A program made the position numbers and the translations under genes. Below are positions 48,451-58,978 of a stretch of 64,000 bases of DNA, piece after piece. Under the pieces are notes generated by a model. That model was not told the DNA's origin. It saw only the letters and a program-made list of their open reading frames with translations, and searched no databases. Origin of the DNA: OCS116 cluster bacterium AG-435-F03 (GTDB lineage: Bacteria; Pseudomonadota; Alphaproteobacteria; MED-G09); assembly GCA_003212795.1 (NCBI GenBank), contig QCOV01000004.1:11762-75761 (forward strand), written 5' to 3'. Numbering within the stretch: position 1 is the first letter of the stretch; each line of letters starts with the position of its first letter.

Positions 48451-49120
48451 CTTCTAACTCATAAGTAATTAAGTGTTGTACTCCGGGTCTGGGTACAGCC
48501 TTTCCATCTAAAATTCTTGGTTTATATTTCCATTTAACGATAGTTCTCAAAGCAGAACGATTAAAAATACCTGGGGGCTCTGCATCAACAACTATAGGGT
48601 TTGTTACAGCGCCACTAGGAGTAATTGTAAATTCTACTAAGACCCAACCTTCAATTCCTCTTTGTGTTGCTCTTCTTGGGTATTGAGGCGGAACTTTAAC
48701 AATAGGCAACACATCTGCGTCTGTTGAAGCCGCAAAAGAACCAAATGCAGGACCACCAAATTCTGGTGTTGCGACACTTTCAGCTGACATTTCAGGTCTT
48801 GGGGTTTCTGGAATATCCATATCTGGAGGATCAGGCTCTTGTTCTTGCTCAGGTCTATTTGGTTTTTTCTTAGCTGTTTGAGTTTCAGTATCCTGAAGCT
48901 GTCTTAAAAAACTTATATTGATATTTACACCTTCATCACCAATATCATACTCATTGCTTGTAACTAAGGCCTGCATAACCAAAAATAAAAAGACAGTTAC
49001 TATTGCAGCTAGTGGAATAGCGGTAACTCTACTGTCTAACTCTTTCAATGAATATCCTGCGATCTCGATATCTTGAGCTTTATTAATATAAAATTTTATT
49101 TTATTTATAAGTTCTAACAA
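48440..49120 (-). CDS. tonB: Energy transducer TonB
   Basis: TM anchor, Pro-rich linker, PQYPRRA...GIEGWVLVEFTI...KWKYKP. Confidence 0.9.
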   Translation of the reverse strand: MLELINKIKFYINKAQDIEIAGYSLKELDSRVTAIPLAAIVTVFLFLVMQALVTSNEYDIGDEGVNINISFLRQLQDTETQTAKKKPNRPEQEQEPDPPDMDIPETPRPEMSAESVATPEFGGPAFGSFAASTDADVLPIVKVPPQYPRRATQRGIEGWVLVEFTITPSGAVTNPIVVDAEPPGIFNRSALRTIVKWKYKPRILDGKAVPRPGVQHLITYELEDAR

Positions 49121-49131
49121 GTTATCACCAA

Positions 49132-49533
49132 TTAATTTTTCTCAGATGCAGCAATTGAATATTGCTCTACTCCAGCTAATCTTACTGCATCAATAACTTC
49201 AACCATCAAACCAACTTCTGATCTTTCGTCAGCTTGAATAACAGCTCCACCTTGAGGATTTTCTGCATGGAGTTTTTCAACATTAGCCTGTACAGCATCC
49301 ATATCAACTAACCTTCTATTAATCCAAACTTCATTTTTGTCACTAATAGCTATTAATATACCTACTCTATTTTGCTGTTGGGCGGTTTCAGAGTCAGGAC
49401 GAGTAACATCAATGCCGGACTCCTTAACAAATGTAGCAGTAACAATGAAGAAAATAAGCATTATGAAAACAATATCCAATAAAGGCGTTATATTGATTTC
49501 ACTTTCTTCATCTAATCTCTGTCTTCTTCTCAT
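49132..49533 (-). CDS. exbD: Biopolymer transporter ExbD
   Basis: INITPLLDIVFIMLIFFIVT; VIQAD. Confidence 0.92.
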   Translation of the reverse strand: MRRRQRLDEESEINITPLLDIVFIMLIFFIVTATFVKESGIDVTRPDSETAQQQNRVGILIAISDKNEVWINRRLVDMDAVQANVEKLHAENPQGGAVIQADERSEVGLMVEVIDAVRLAGVEQYSIAASEKN

Positions 49534-49556
49534 TTTTTTCTCCTAATATTCAAATG

Positions 49557-50102
49557 TTAAGATAAAGATAAATTATCTTCAACATAGGAAATCTCTCTTT
49601 TTGATCTAGACTCTAACTGTGCAATAAAAAATAAACCAGATAAAGACGCTACCATACCTGACATAGTGGGAAGAGTTGCTTTTGATATTCCAGCCGCCAT
49701 TGCTCGAGCATTTGAGGAACCTGTGATAGCCATAACATCAAAAACTTCTACCATACCAGTTACTGTTCCAAGTAATCCAAATAAAGGTGCAGCAGCAACA
49801 AGTGTTTTAATATAAAGCAAGCCCCTTTCAGAAGATTGCTTTACTTCACTAATAAGCTTTTCTCTAATTCTTCTGGCATACCAAGAACTATGGTCTGATC
49901 TTTCATTCCAATGATTTATTGCATTTTTTGATAGACCTTTTTGTGAGGTTGCAAAATGCCAATATCTTTCAATTATTAAAGCCCACATAATAAAAGTTGC
50001 AAGCATTATAGCTAAAAGAACATCGCCACCAAGCTCAATAAAATCACGTAATGAGCTGAAAGCTAAATCAGGTCTAACAAGTTTAATTAAAAAGTCACCC
50101 AT
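49557..50102 (-). CDS. exbB: MotA/TolQ/ExbB proton channel
   Basis: APLFGLLGTVTGM; MAAGISKA. Confidence 0.88.
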   Translation of the reverse strand: MGDFLIKLVRPDLAFSSLRDFIELGGDVLLAIMLATFIMWALIIERYWHFATSQKGLSKNAINHWNERSDHSSWYARRIREKLISEVKQSSERGLLYIKTLVAAAPLFGLLGTVTGMVEVFDVMAITGSSNARAMAAGISKATLPTMSGMVASLSGLFFIAQLESRSKREISYVEDNLSLS

Positions 50103-50129
50103 TTATATAACCTTTAAATATCCTCAATT

Positions 50130-51521
50130 TTATCTAGATTCTGCTTTCGCAGCAATTAAACCTGCGCTTTGCTCTTCTAAAACTTGCTGAATAGATCTGC
50201 TTCTTTGTTGTGCAACAGAATGTAATAAAACAAGTGGAATAGCAGCAGTTAATCCTAAGACAGTTGTAACCAATGCCTGAGAAATACCACCAGCCATTAA
50301 TTTTGGATCACCAGTACCGAATAATGTAATTGCCTGGAATGTAACAATCATACCAGTAACAGTTCCGAGCAAGCCTAATAATGGAGCTACAGATGATAAT
50401 AATTTAATGAAATTAATACCTCTTTCTAAGGCAGGTAACTCCTTTAAAATTGCATCATCAAGTTTTAGTTCCAATGTTTCAACATCAGCACTTTGATTTG
50501 AATGATATGCTGAGAGAACTCTACCGAGTGGGTTATCATCATTTGGATTATCTACATCTTTTGATTGAGCGTTAACAGACCTAGAAACAATAGTTAATCT
50601 AAATATCCTCTCAGCTGAGAGAAGAAGCCCGATAATTAAAAGTCCAATAATAATATAACCAACCACTCCACCTTGACTAACTCTTTCTGATAGACCTGGA
50701 GTTTGAATTAATAATCCAAGAATTGCTCCTCTAGATGGGTCAATAGCACCTTTAACTATATCGCCTGTATCGCCATCAACAACATTATCTCCTAAGTCAA
50801 GAAATCTTGCCTGAGGTTGTCTACCTAGAACTCTATATCTTTCGTCATCAGGAAGATAACCTAAAAAATTACCTCTTCTATCAAATGCCGTCCAAGGCCC
50901 AACTCTAATAACATCCTCTTCAGAAAAACTACCATCTGTATCAACAATCGTACCTGTGAAACGCTTTACTTCACCTTGAGCTTTCATTTCCTCAAGAAGA
51001 TGGAACCACAATAATTCAAGCTCCTCATTAGATGGAAGTTTCTGTGATTTTGCCAAATTTGTTAATGTTTCATGTCTACCTGATAATTCACCGCTAATAA
51101 TGGATTCTTTAATTTGAGCACCCATTTCACTTGCAGTACCACGAACGACACCAAATAATTCACCAAAAGCGCCAAGTCTCTCTGCTTTAAGATCTTCTAA
51201 TTCGCTTAATTTAACATCATTTTCATCAAATTCTTTTTCTAAAACAACAGCTCTATCTTCTTCAACTTTTAGGTCGGCAAGAGTTTTATCAAGAATTGTT
51301 TGTTGTGTGTCTTGTTCAGCAACAAATTTAGCAATTCTTTGACGGTTTTCTTCAGTGTCATAAAGAGCTTCCTCTTGAACCTTAAGAATTAATTGTTCTA
51401 AAGATGTAACTTCAGCTGGAGTTTCATTTTCCTCTTTTTGAGCAAAAGAGCTAAGTGGGAAAGCAACAATTGATAAAAAAGAAACTAATATAATAATTTT
51501 ATTTTCTGTAAATTTTTTCAT
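50130..51521 (-). CDS. TtpC-like large ExbB-family protein with periplasmic coiled-coil domain
   Basis: Signal peptide, DPSRG, APLLGLLGTVTGM, FGTGDPKLMAGGISQAL. Confidence 0.85.
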   Translation of the reverse strand: MKKFTENKIIILVSFLSIVAFPLSSFAQKEENETPAEVTSLEQLILKVQEEALYDTEENRQRIAKFVAEQDTQQTILDKTLADLKVEEDRAVVLEKEFDENDVKLSELEDLKAERLGAFGELFGVVRGTASEMGAQIKESIISGELSGRHETLTNLAKSQKLPSNEELELLWFHLLEEMKAQGEVKRFTGTIVDTDGSFSEEDVIRVGPWTAFDRRGNFLGYLPDDERYRVLGRQPQARFLDLGDNVVDGDTGDIVKGAIDPSRGAILGLLIQTPGLSERVSQGGVVGYIIIGLLIIGLLLSAERIFRLTIVSRSVNAQSKDVDNPNDDNPLGRVLSAYHSNQSADVETLELKLDDAILKELPALERGINFIKLLSSVAPLLGLLGTVTGMIVTFQAITLFGTGDPKLMAGGISQALVTTVLGLTAAIPLVLLHSVAQQRSRSIQQVLEEQSAGLIAAKAESR

Positions 51522-51535
51522 TTTTTTCCCCTAAT

Positions 51536-52321
51536 TTATTCCGAAGTGATCTCAAGCGGAACGACCATTAAATCTGGCGCTGCTTGTTCATTAGCAATTC
51601 TAATTCCAACCTGGATTGGCAGACGATAAGATCCGCCCAATCTAGTCCACTCTCCATCTGCTTTATTCCAAACAGCTGCATCGTCTCCATCTAGAGTTTG
51701 GTAAATGTAAGAATTTCTTCCGATTCTTAAGAAATTAACTGTTCTGTCATCATCTGGGCTAACTTTACCGGTGTAAGCCTCAATTGTGCGACCATACTCA
51801 TTTTCTATTTCATAAGCTTCAGAAATTTTTCTATATTTTTCAGCTGGTGAAGCATCCGGGTTATTCATAAGAGTTCTTAAACCTTGAACTCTCTGTCTTC
51901 TTTCATCTATTAAAAATGGGACATCGAGTTCAACAAAAGTATCTAACGCATCTATCATTTTAAACATCAAAGGCATAACTGATCGTGTCAAACTACTTAT
52001 ACGAGCAACATCTTGCTCGATTCGAACCATTTTTCTCTCTTGCCTATCAATAAGAATTTCTAACTGGTCATTATATGCTGTTAGATCAATTAATTGCTGA
52101 TAGTTCTGTCTAAACTCTTGAACGATAACATTTGTTGAGTCATCTAAAGCATCAATTTGTCCTTGAGCTTCCTTTCCAGAATTATTTGATTGAGCAAAAA
52201 GTGATCTTACTGGATCTAATTGTCTAGCAGGATCAATGTTTTTTTGAGAATATGCATCATTTGATAATAAAAATATCAATGAAAATAATGCAATTTTTTT
52301 AATATTTATGTTTAAAGACAT
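51536..52321 (-). CDS. DUF3450-family periplasmic protein (TtpB-like)
   Basis: DVPFL..ER..R, EKYR...EAY.IE.EYGRTIE, FLRIGR. Confidence 0.85.
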   Translation of the reverse strand: MSLNINIKKIALFSLIFLLSNDAYSQKNIDPARQLDPVRSLFAQSNNSGKEAQGQIDALDDSTNVIVQEFRQNYQQLIDLTAYNDQLEILIDRQERKMVRIEQDVARISSLTRSVMPLMFKMIDALDTFVELDVPFLIDERRQRVQGLRTLMNNPDASPAEKYRKISEAYEIENEYGRTIEAYTGKVSPDDDRTVNFLRIGRNSYIYQTLDGDDAAVWNKADGEWTRLGGSYRLPIQVGIRIANEQAAPDLMVVPLEITSE

Positions 52322-52548
52322 AGTGTCCCCTTTACCATTAAGCTTATAGAATAAAAAAATGAATATTCTATATAATTAATTAATACACTTTTAAAATTTT
52401 ACTGAATTGTCAACCTGATTTTTTTCCCCTCTTATCATTAGACCAAAAATTATTAGCAGTCTCAAACAATATAATCAATTTAGAAATTAAAAAAATTAAC
52501 ATTTTTATCTTGCAAATATGACTAGAGATTATTATATCCATATTAAAT

Positions 52549-52564
52549 ATGACGCTAGCGTCAT
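52549..52564. promoter_or_regulatory. Perfect 16-bp palindrome, probable repressor operator of the RND operon
   Basis: ATGACGCT-AGCGTCAT, 18 nt before the MFP start, downstream of a TTGCAA-N17-TATATC promoter-like sequence (52510-52538). Confidence 0.6.
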
Positions 52565-52582
52565 TTTTATAATGCTATTATC

Positions 52583-53662
52583 ATGAGTAAAACAGTAAAA
52601 ACATCACTAATAACTCTTTCTGTCCTTATTTTTTGGATGTTCACTGGTATATTTTCAAATGATGATGAAGGATCAAATTCAGTAATTGAAATTGAAGGTA
52701 ATACTGCAATAAATAACTCTACCCTAGTGAGCGCTAGAATTTTTAATGCAAAACCTAAAATATCTTTTGTTGTTTTAAGGGGCAGAACTGAGTCTGATAG
52801 AAATGTTTACATTGCAGCTGAGACAACCGGTATTGTAGAAAATATTTATTTTGAAAAGGGAGATAAGGTAAAAAAAGGTGAAATTATATGCAAACAATCA
52901 ATAGATGCTCGAAAAGCCAAACTTGATGAAGCTAATGCATTAATGAAACAAAAAGAGTTAGAATGGCAAGCCTCTAAGACATTAGTAGAGAAAGGATATA
53001 GATCACAGACACAATTAGCTGCTTCTTCAGCAGCATATGATGCTTCAAAAGCATTAGTTAAACAAATGGAGCAGGAGCTCGATAACATAAATATTAGAGC
53101 ACCATTTGATGGTATATTTAATGAAAAACTAGCGGAAATAGGTGATTTTTTATCAATAGGAAAGCCTTGCGGAAAAGTAGTTGACTACGATCCAATTAAA
53201 ATAACTGCTCAAGTGTCAGAAAAAGAAATTCTTAGTGTAAAAAATGGTCTTCCAGGTAGAGCTAATTTATCTACAGGAGAAAAAGTTGAAGGTTTAGTAA
53301 CATATGTTTCAAATACTGCTGATCCAGCAACCAGAACTTTTCGAATTGAAATGGAAGTTGAAAATAATAACCTTAGTTATAAAGATGGTTTAACAGCCGA
53401 AATTTTTATACCTATAAAAGAAATTAACGGCCATTTGATTCCTCCTTCCTCTTTAACATTAAATGAAGTAGGTGAAGTGGGTGTTCGCCATATTGTTGAT
53501 AAAAATAAAGCTAAATTTTCAAAAGTAGAAATCTTAGGCGATGAAAATGAACTTGTTTGGATTTCAGGGTTACCTGAAAAAGTTACAATTATTACTGTTG
53601 GTCATGAATTTGTATCAAACGGAGATTCGGTGAATTATAGATTACAGGATGAAAACAGTTGA
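52583..53662 (+). CDS. RND efflux periplasmic adaptor (MFP)
   Basis: N-terminal TM; IAAET.G; IRAPFDG; ADPATRTF. Confidence 0.92.
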   Translation: MSKTVKTSLITLSVLIFWMFTGIFSNDDEGSNSVIEIEGNTAINNSTLVSARIFNAKPKISFVVLRGRTESDRNVYIAAETTGIVENIYFEKGDKVKKGEIICKQSIDARKAKLDEANALMKQKELEWQASKTLVEKGYRSQTQLAASSAAYDASKALVKQMEQELDNINIRAPFDGIFNEKLAEIGDFLSIGKPCGKVVDYDPIKITAQVSEKEILSVKNGLPGRANLSTGEKVEGLVTYVSNTADPATRTFRIEMEVENNNLSYKDGLTAEIFIPIKEINGHLIPPSSLTLNEVGEVGVRHIVDKNKAKFSKVEILGDENELVWISGLPEKVTIITVGHEFVSNGDSVNYRLQDENS

Positions 53663-56600
53663 TCAACATTATTGATTATATAATGGCTGCAAGAAAAACT
53701 ACTGTTTTTCTTATGCTTATTCTTATAACCATTGGAACCTTTACTTTCATATCAATACCAAAGGATGCAGAACCAGATATAGATGTTCCTTTTGTTTACG
53801 TTTCAGTGGTTTTACCTGGAATATCACCTGAAGATTCAGAAAGATTAATAGTTAGACCATTAGAAACAGAATTAAAAAATATTGAAGGATTAAAAGAAAT
53901 ATCAGGAATGGCATCCCAAAATTATGGATCTGTTTTATTAGAATTTGATATTAGCTTTGATAAGGATAAGGTTTTAAGTGATGTTAGGGAAAAAGTTGAT
54001 CTAGCTAAATCGGAATTTCCTCAAGATGCTGAGGAACCACAAGTCTTAGAATTTAATATGGCTACAATGCCTGTAATGACCGTTTCGTTATCAGGCAAAG
54101 TACCAAATAGGACTTTAATTTATCATGCAAAAGAACTTCAGAATCAAATAGAACGAGTACCCGGTATATTAGAAGCACCAATAGTGGGAGATAAAGAGGA
54201 ATTACTAGAAATACTTGTTAGTCCTTCTAAACTTGAGAATTATGATGTTTCACTTGCTGATTTGATAAGATCAATAACTGGTAACAATAGAATAGTTGCA
54301 GCTGGTACAATCAATAAAGGACAGGGAAAATTTTCAGTAAAAGTACCAGCAGTTTATGAAAGCGCACAAGACGTATACAACATAGGAATTATAACACGAG
54401 GCGAAGGTACTGTTAAACTTGGCGATATAGCTGAAATACGAAGTACATTTAAGGAAAATGAGACTTATGCAAGAATTGATGGCAAACCAGCTATCCACCT
54501 AGATGTAAAAAAAAGAATTGGTGAAAATGTAATCCTAATAAATAAAGAAATTAGAAAAGTTGGTAATAAATATAAGCAAGATAATCTTTCTAACAACATA
54601 TACATAGACTTTTCTGCAGATACATCTGATTACATTAATGAAATGCTTGGATCTTTATCTAATGCAATTTCAAATGCAATTATAAGCGTTATGCTTCTGG
54701 TTATAGCTTCACTAGGAATAAGATCGGCTTTAATGGTTGGGATATCCATTCCTACTTCTTTTCTTATGGCGATTACGCTTCTTGCTGTTTCTGGTGGATA
54801 TATAAACATGATGGTTATGTTTGGATTATTAGTTTCTGTAGGTCTACTTGTTGATGGATCAATAGTAATGGTTGAATATGCTGATAGGAAAATGGCAGAA
54901 GGTCTAGATAGGAAGGCAGCTTATACCCAGGCATATAAAAGAATGATATGGCCGATTATATCTTCTACTGCAACAACACTCGCAGCATTTCTACCATTAG
55001 TTTTATGGCCTGGTATACCAGGGCAATTCATGAAATGGATGCCGTTCATGGTAAGTCTAGTTTTAGTGTCTTCTTTACTTTCTGCATTAATTTTCATACC
55101 AGTAATGGGTTCTTTATTTGGTAGAACAGAAAATAAAAATAAAATTAAACTAGATGAAGAGTTCAGTTTTAATAATCTTAAGGGAATAACTCTTACATAC
55201 GCAAAATTATTAGAGAAATGTCTAAAAAGACCTATGGCAGTTCTATTGTCTGCAGTTCTTGTGGTCTTTACATTGATAATACTCTACTCAAATTTCAATG
55301 CTGGTTCACAGTATTCAGTTGATACTGACTCTAATCAAATGCTGGTTCACGTTAACGCAAGAGGAAATTTATCCCCTGAAGAAAAATTAGATCTTTCGAT
55401 AGATGTTGAAGAAATAGTGATGGGTACTGATGGCGTTGATAGAGTTCTTACATCGATAGGCTCTGGAGATGGATTTAATGTTTACTCTGCAATGGGTGGT
55501 TCAGGAAATAGAACAGATCAAATTGCCTCATTGATGGTTGAATTAAAGCCAGTTCATGAAAGAAGATCAGCTGATAAAATAAAAGATGATATTTTAAGTA
55601 AATCTAAACTTTTACCTGGGATTATTGTTGAGGCTTATAAAATTGAAAATAAACCTGATACAGGAAAAGATATTCAAATGGAAATAACCTCAAATAATAA
55701 AAATAATCTTGAAAAAGTAACAAAACTCATCACAGCAAAATTAGAAAATATGGATGGTATCCAGGAAGTTGATAACACCATGCCTTTACCCGGTATTGAG
55801 TGGATAATTAATGTTGATAGAGAGCTTGCTGGACGTTTTGGAGCGGATATATCAACTATTGGAGCAATTGTTCAATTGGTAACAAATGGAATTCTGGTTG
55901 ACAAGTATAGGCCAGATAATTCTGACGATGAGGTTGATATTCGAGTTCGATTTCCTGAAGAATACAGGATGATAGAGGAATTTGACCAATTAAGAATTCC
56001 TACAAGTGAAGGTGCTGTCCCATTATCAAATTTTGTAACAAGAACGCCAAATTCTAAGGTATCAACAATCGAAAGACTTGATGGTTTAAGAATTTTTAAA
56101 ATAAGAGCAAATACATCTATCGACCCTTCAACAGGTAAAAAGTATCTTGCAGTTGATAAAAGTAATGAATTAAAAAAATGGATTTCTCAAGAAAGCCTTC
56201 CAAAAAATGTATTTATCAAATTTGCTGGTTCAGATGAAGAAAGAGAGGAATCTGCTGCATTCCTGGGAAATGCTATGATAGGAGCCCTTTTTCTAATGTT
56301 CATAATTTTATTAACTCAATTTAATAGTTTTTATCAAGCTGCTATAACATTATCGACTGTAATATTATCTACAATTGGTGCTTTAACTGGTCTTATGATT
56401 GTTGGTCAATATTTTTCAGTAATTATGACTGGCTTAGGAATTGTTTCATTGGCAGGAATAATTGTTAATAACTCAATAGTCTTAATTGATACATATAATA
56501 GACTCAGAGTTCAGCATGAAGACCCAATTGAGACAATTTTGCATTCTTCTGTTCAACGATTTAGACCTATTGTCTTAACGACTGCTACCACAATGATTGC

Positions 56601-56838
56601 TCTTATACCGGTTGCTTTACAGGTTACAATTGGTTGGTTTGATAGAAGTATTGAATTTGGCGGATTAATGGCTGCATGGTGGGTTCCATTCTCTACAGCT
56701 GTAATTTGGGGATTAGGATTTTCAAGTGTATTAACTCTTTTTCTTGTACCTACACTCTTAAGTATGCCAATATATTTTGAGAGAAATAAACATAAAATTT
56801 TAAAGTTTTTTACTAATAAAATTCAACCGGCAGAGTAA
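53659..56838 (+). CDS. RND efflux permease (AcrB family)
   Basis: 1059 aa; VGLLVDGSIV, SSTATT, GIIVNNSIVLID, RFRPIVLTT. Confidence 0.95.
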   Translation: MINIIDYIMAARKTTVFLMLILITIGTFTFISIPKDAEPDIDVPFVYVSVVLPGISPEDSERLIVRPLETELKNIEGLKEISGMASQNYGSVLLEFDISFDKDKVLSDVREKVDLAKSEFPQDAEEPQVLEFNMATMPVMTVSLSGKVPNRTLIYHAKELQNQIERVPGILEAPIVGDKEELLEILVSPSKLENYDVSLADLIRSITGNNRIVAAGTINKGQGKFSVKVPAVYESAQDVYNIGIITRGEGTVKLGDIAEIRSTFKENETYARIDGKPAIHLDVKKRIGENVILINKEIRKVGNKYKQDNLSNNIYIDFSADTSDYINEMLGSLSNAISNAIISVMLLVIASLGIRSALMVGISIPTSFLMAITLLAVSGGYINMMVMFGLLVSVGLLVDGSIVMVEYADRKMAEGLDRKAAYTQAYKRMIWPIISSTATTLAAFLPLVLWPGIPGQFMKWMPFMVSLVLVSSLLSALIFIPVMGSLFGRTENKNKIKLDEEFSFNNLKGITLTYAKLLEKCLKRPMAVLLSAVLVVFTLIILYSNFNAGSQYSVDTDSNQMLVHVNARGNLSPEEKLDLSIDVEEIVMGTDGVDRVLTSIGSGDGFNVYSAMGGSGNRTDQIASLMVELKPVHERRSADKIKDDILSKSKLLPGIIVEAYKIENKPDTGKDIQMEITSNNKNNLEKVTKLITAKLENMDGIQEVDNTMPLPGIEWIINVDRELAGRFGADISTIGAIVQLVTNGILVDKYRPDNSDDEVDIRVRFPEEYRMIEEFDQLRIPTSEGAVPLSNFVTRTPNSKVSTIERLDGLRIFKIRANTSIDPSTGKKYLAVDKSNELKKWISQESLPKNVFIKFAGSDEEREESAAFLGNAMIGALFLMFIILLTQFNSFYQAAITLSTVILSTIGALTGLMIVGQYFSVIMTGLGIVSLAGIIVNNSIVLIDTYNRLRVQHEDPIETILHSSVQRFRPIVLTTATTMIALIPVALQVTIGWFDRSIEFGGLMAAWWVPFSTAVIWGLGFSSVLTLFLVPTLLSMPIYFERNKHKILKFFTNKIQPAE

Positions 56839-56840
56839 AA

Positions 56841-57401
56841 ATGGCTAACATAGGTGTATTTTGTTCATCACTTGATGGTGAAAAAATCTTTTCTGAGAAA
56901 GCTAAAGAGTTAGGCGCTTTATTGGCAAAAGAAAATTATTCTCTAGTCTATGGAGGAGGCAAACTTGGTTTAATGGGCGACCTAGCTAAGAGTGTTAAGA
57001 AAAACGATTCTGAAGTTATTTCAGTTATTCCAAGTTATTTAAATAAACCAAATATTACATTTAGTGAATCAGACGAAATTTATGAAACAAAAGATTTGTT
57101 TGAAAGAAAGAAAAAATTAATCGAATTATCAGATGTTTTAATTGCTCTTCCAGGAGGAGTAGGTACATTGGATGAAATATTTGATGTCATTGCATTATTT
57201 GCCCTTGGAGAAATTAATAAATCTATTTTCTTATTAAATATTAATAATTTCTGGTTGCCTTTTGATAATATGATAAAACATCTTAGAGATAATAAAATGA
57301 TTAGACCAAGTGATGACAAATTTATTGAAGCAAGAAGTTTAAAAAATTTATTTATTTCAAATAGTATTGAAGAGATATTCTCTCATCCAAAATTTATTTA
57401 A
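56841..57401 (+). CDS. LOG-family (TIGR00730) nucleotide phosphoribohydrolase
   Basis: LVYGGG..GLMG; ERK; PGGVGTLDE. Confidence 0.9.
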   Translation: MANIGVFCSSLDGEKIFSEKAKELGALLAKENYSLVYGGGKLGLMGDLAKSVKKNDSEVISVIPSYLNKPNITFSESDEIYETKDLFERKKKLIELSDVLIALPGGVGTLDEIFDVIALFALGEINKSIFLLNINNFWLPFDNMIKHLRDNKMIRPSDDKFIEARSLKNLFISNSIEEIFSHPKFI

Positions 57402-58977
57402 TATCAGATTTTATTAACTTATAATTTATTGAGTCCATCAAAGCTTCAAATGATGCCTCAATAATGTTTGGGCTAATACCAACCGTAAACCAGCTTTGAT
57501 TTTTACTGTCCGAACTCTCAATTACAACTCTTGTAATAGCTTCAGTTCCACCATCTAAGATACGAACTTTATAATCAACTAAAGTAAGGTCTTGAATATA
57601 TTCATTGTATATTCCTAAATCTTTTCTTAATGCATTATCTAATGCATTAACTGGCCCATTACCCTCACCTGTTGAATTGATAATTCTTTCATCTACATTC
57701 AGCACTATATTTGCTTTTGATAAAGAGCTCTTATCTTTAGAGCCGGCAATGGTTACTTCATAATTCTCAACTGAAAAAAAACTTGGAACTTGATCCAAAA
57801 TATTTTTAGCAAGAATTTCAAAAGAAGCACCAGCTCCATCATATGAATATCCCATGTACTCTCTTTCTTTTACGATATCTAAAAGAGTATTTATTCTTTT
57901 ATCATCACTATCAATTTCCATACCTATAGACTTCAATCTTGATAATAAATTTGATCTTCCAGCCTGATTTGAGACTAAAATTTTTCTATTATTACCAACT
58001 AATTCTGGATTGACATGTTCATAAGTTGTTGGGTCCTTCATAACAGCCGATACATGAAGCCCACCTTTATGAGCAAATGCATTTTCACCAACATAAGGCT
58101 GGTGATTATTTGGATGTTTATTCAAAATATCATCAACTAATCGAGATAAATTTTTTAATTCAGATAGCTTGTTAGCATTAATTGAAATCTCATATTTATC
58201 AGAATATTCTTTTTTAAGTAATAATGTGGGAATTATAGATATTAAATTAGCATTTCCACATCTTTCACCTAATCCGTTTATAGTTCCTTGGAGATGTCTT
58301 GCACCAGCATCAATTGCAGCTAAGCTATTGGCGACAGCATTTTCTGTATCATTATGACAATGAATCCCAATCTTATCGCCTGGAAATTTTTTAGTAATTT
58401 CTTCTACGATATTAAAAATCTCACTAGGAAGTGTTCCTCCATTTGTATCGCATAATACTACCCATTCCGCACCAGATTCTAGTGCGGCTTCTATACATTT
58501 AAATGAGAATTCAGAATTTGATTTGTATCCGTCAAAAAAATGTTCGCAGTCAATAAGTGGTTCTTTACCGCCTGCCTTTACAGATAAAACTGAATCTTTT
58601 ATTGCCTCAATATTTTCTTCCAAAGAAATACCTAATGCCAGATCAACATGAAAATCCCAAGTTTTAGCGACTAAACAAACAGAATCAGAATGTGCGTCAA
58701 TTAGTGATCTCAGCTGAGGGTCATTATCAGCGGATCTTCCAGATCTTTTGGTCATTCCAAATGCTGTAAATTTAGCATTTGAAAAATTGTTTTTGTTTTC
58801 AAAAAACTTTGTGTCGGTAGGATTTGCTCCTGGCCACCCACCTTCAATATAGTCTATCCCAATATTATCAAGGGCATTAGCAATATTCACTTTATCCTGA
58901 ACTGAAAAATCTACTCCTTGGGTTTGTTGACCATCCCTAAGTGTAGTATCAAATAAAATAACCTTTTCTCTGGGCAT
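57394..58977 (-). CDS. cimA: Citramalate synthase
   Basis: DTTLRDGQQ, EGGWPGANP, DCEHFFDG, HCHND, HKGGLHVSA, GNGPVNALD. Confidence 0.9.
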   Translation of the reverse strand: MPREKVILFDTTLRDGQQTQGVDFSVQDKVNIANALDNIGIDYIEGGWPGANPTDTKFFENKNNFSNAKFTAFGMTKRSGRSADNDPQLRSLIDAHSDSVCLVAKTWDFHVDLALGISLEENIEAIKDSVLSVKAGGKEPLIDCEHFFDGYKSNSEFSFKCIEAALESGAEWVVLCDTNGGTLPSEIFNIVEEITKKFPGDKIGIHCHNDTENAVANSLAAIDAGARHLQGTINGLGERCGNANLISIIPTLLLKKEYSDKYEISINANKLSELKNLSRLVDDILNKHPNNHQPYVGENAFAHKGGLHVSAVMKDPTTYEHVNPELVGNNRKILVSNQAGRSNLLSRLKSIGMEIDSDDKRINTLLDIVKEREYMGYSYDGAGASFEILAKNILDQVPSFFSVENYEVTIAGSKDKSSLSKANIVLNVDERIINSTGEGNGPVNALDNALRKDLGIYNEYIQDLTLVDYKVRILDGGTEAITRVVIESSDSKNQSWFTVGISPNIIEASFEALMDSINYKLIKSDIK

Positions 58978-58978
58978 A

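Noticed and set aside
52322..52582. Longest intergenic region as possible tRNA, ncRNA or riboswitch
   Set aside because: Very AT-rich with no cloverleaf or recognisable aptamer; consistent with divergent promoters
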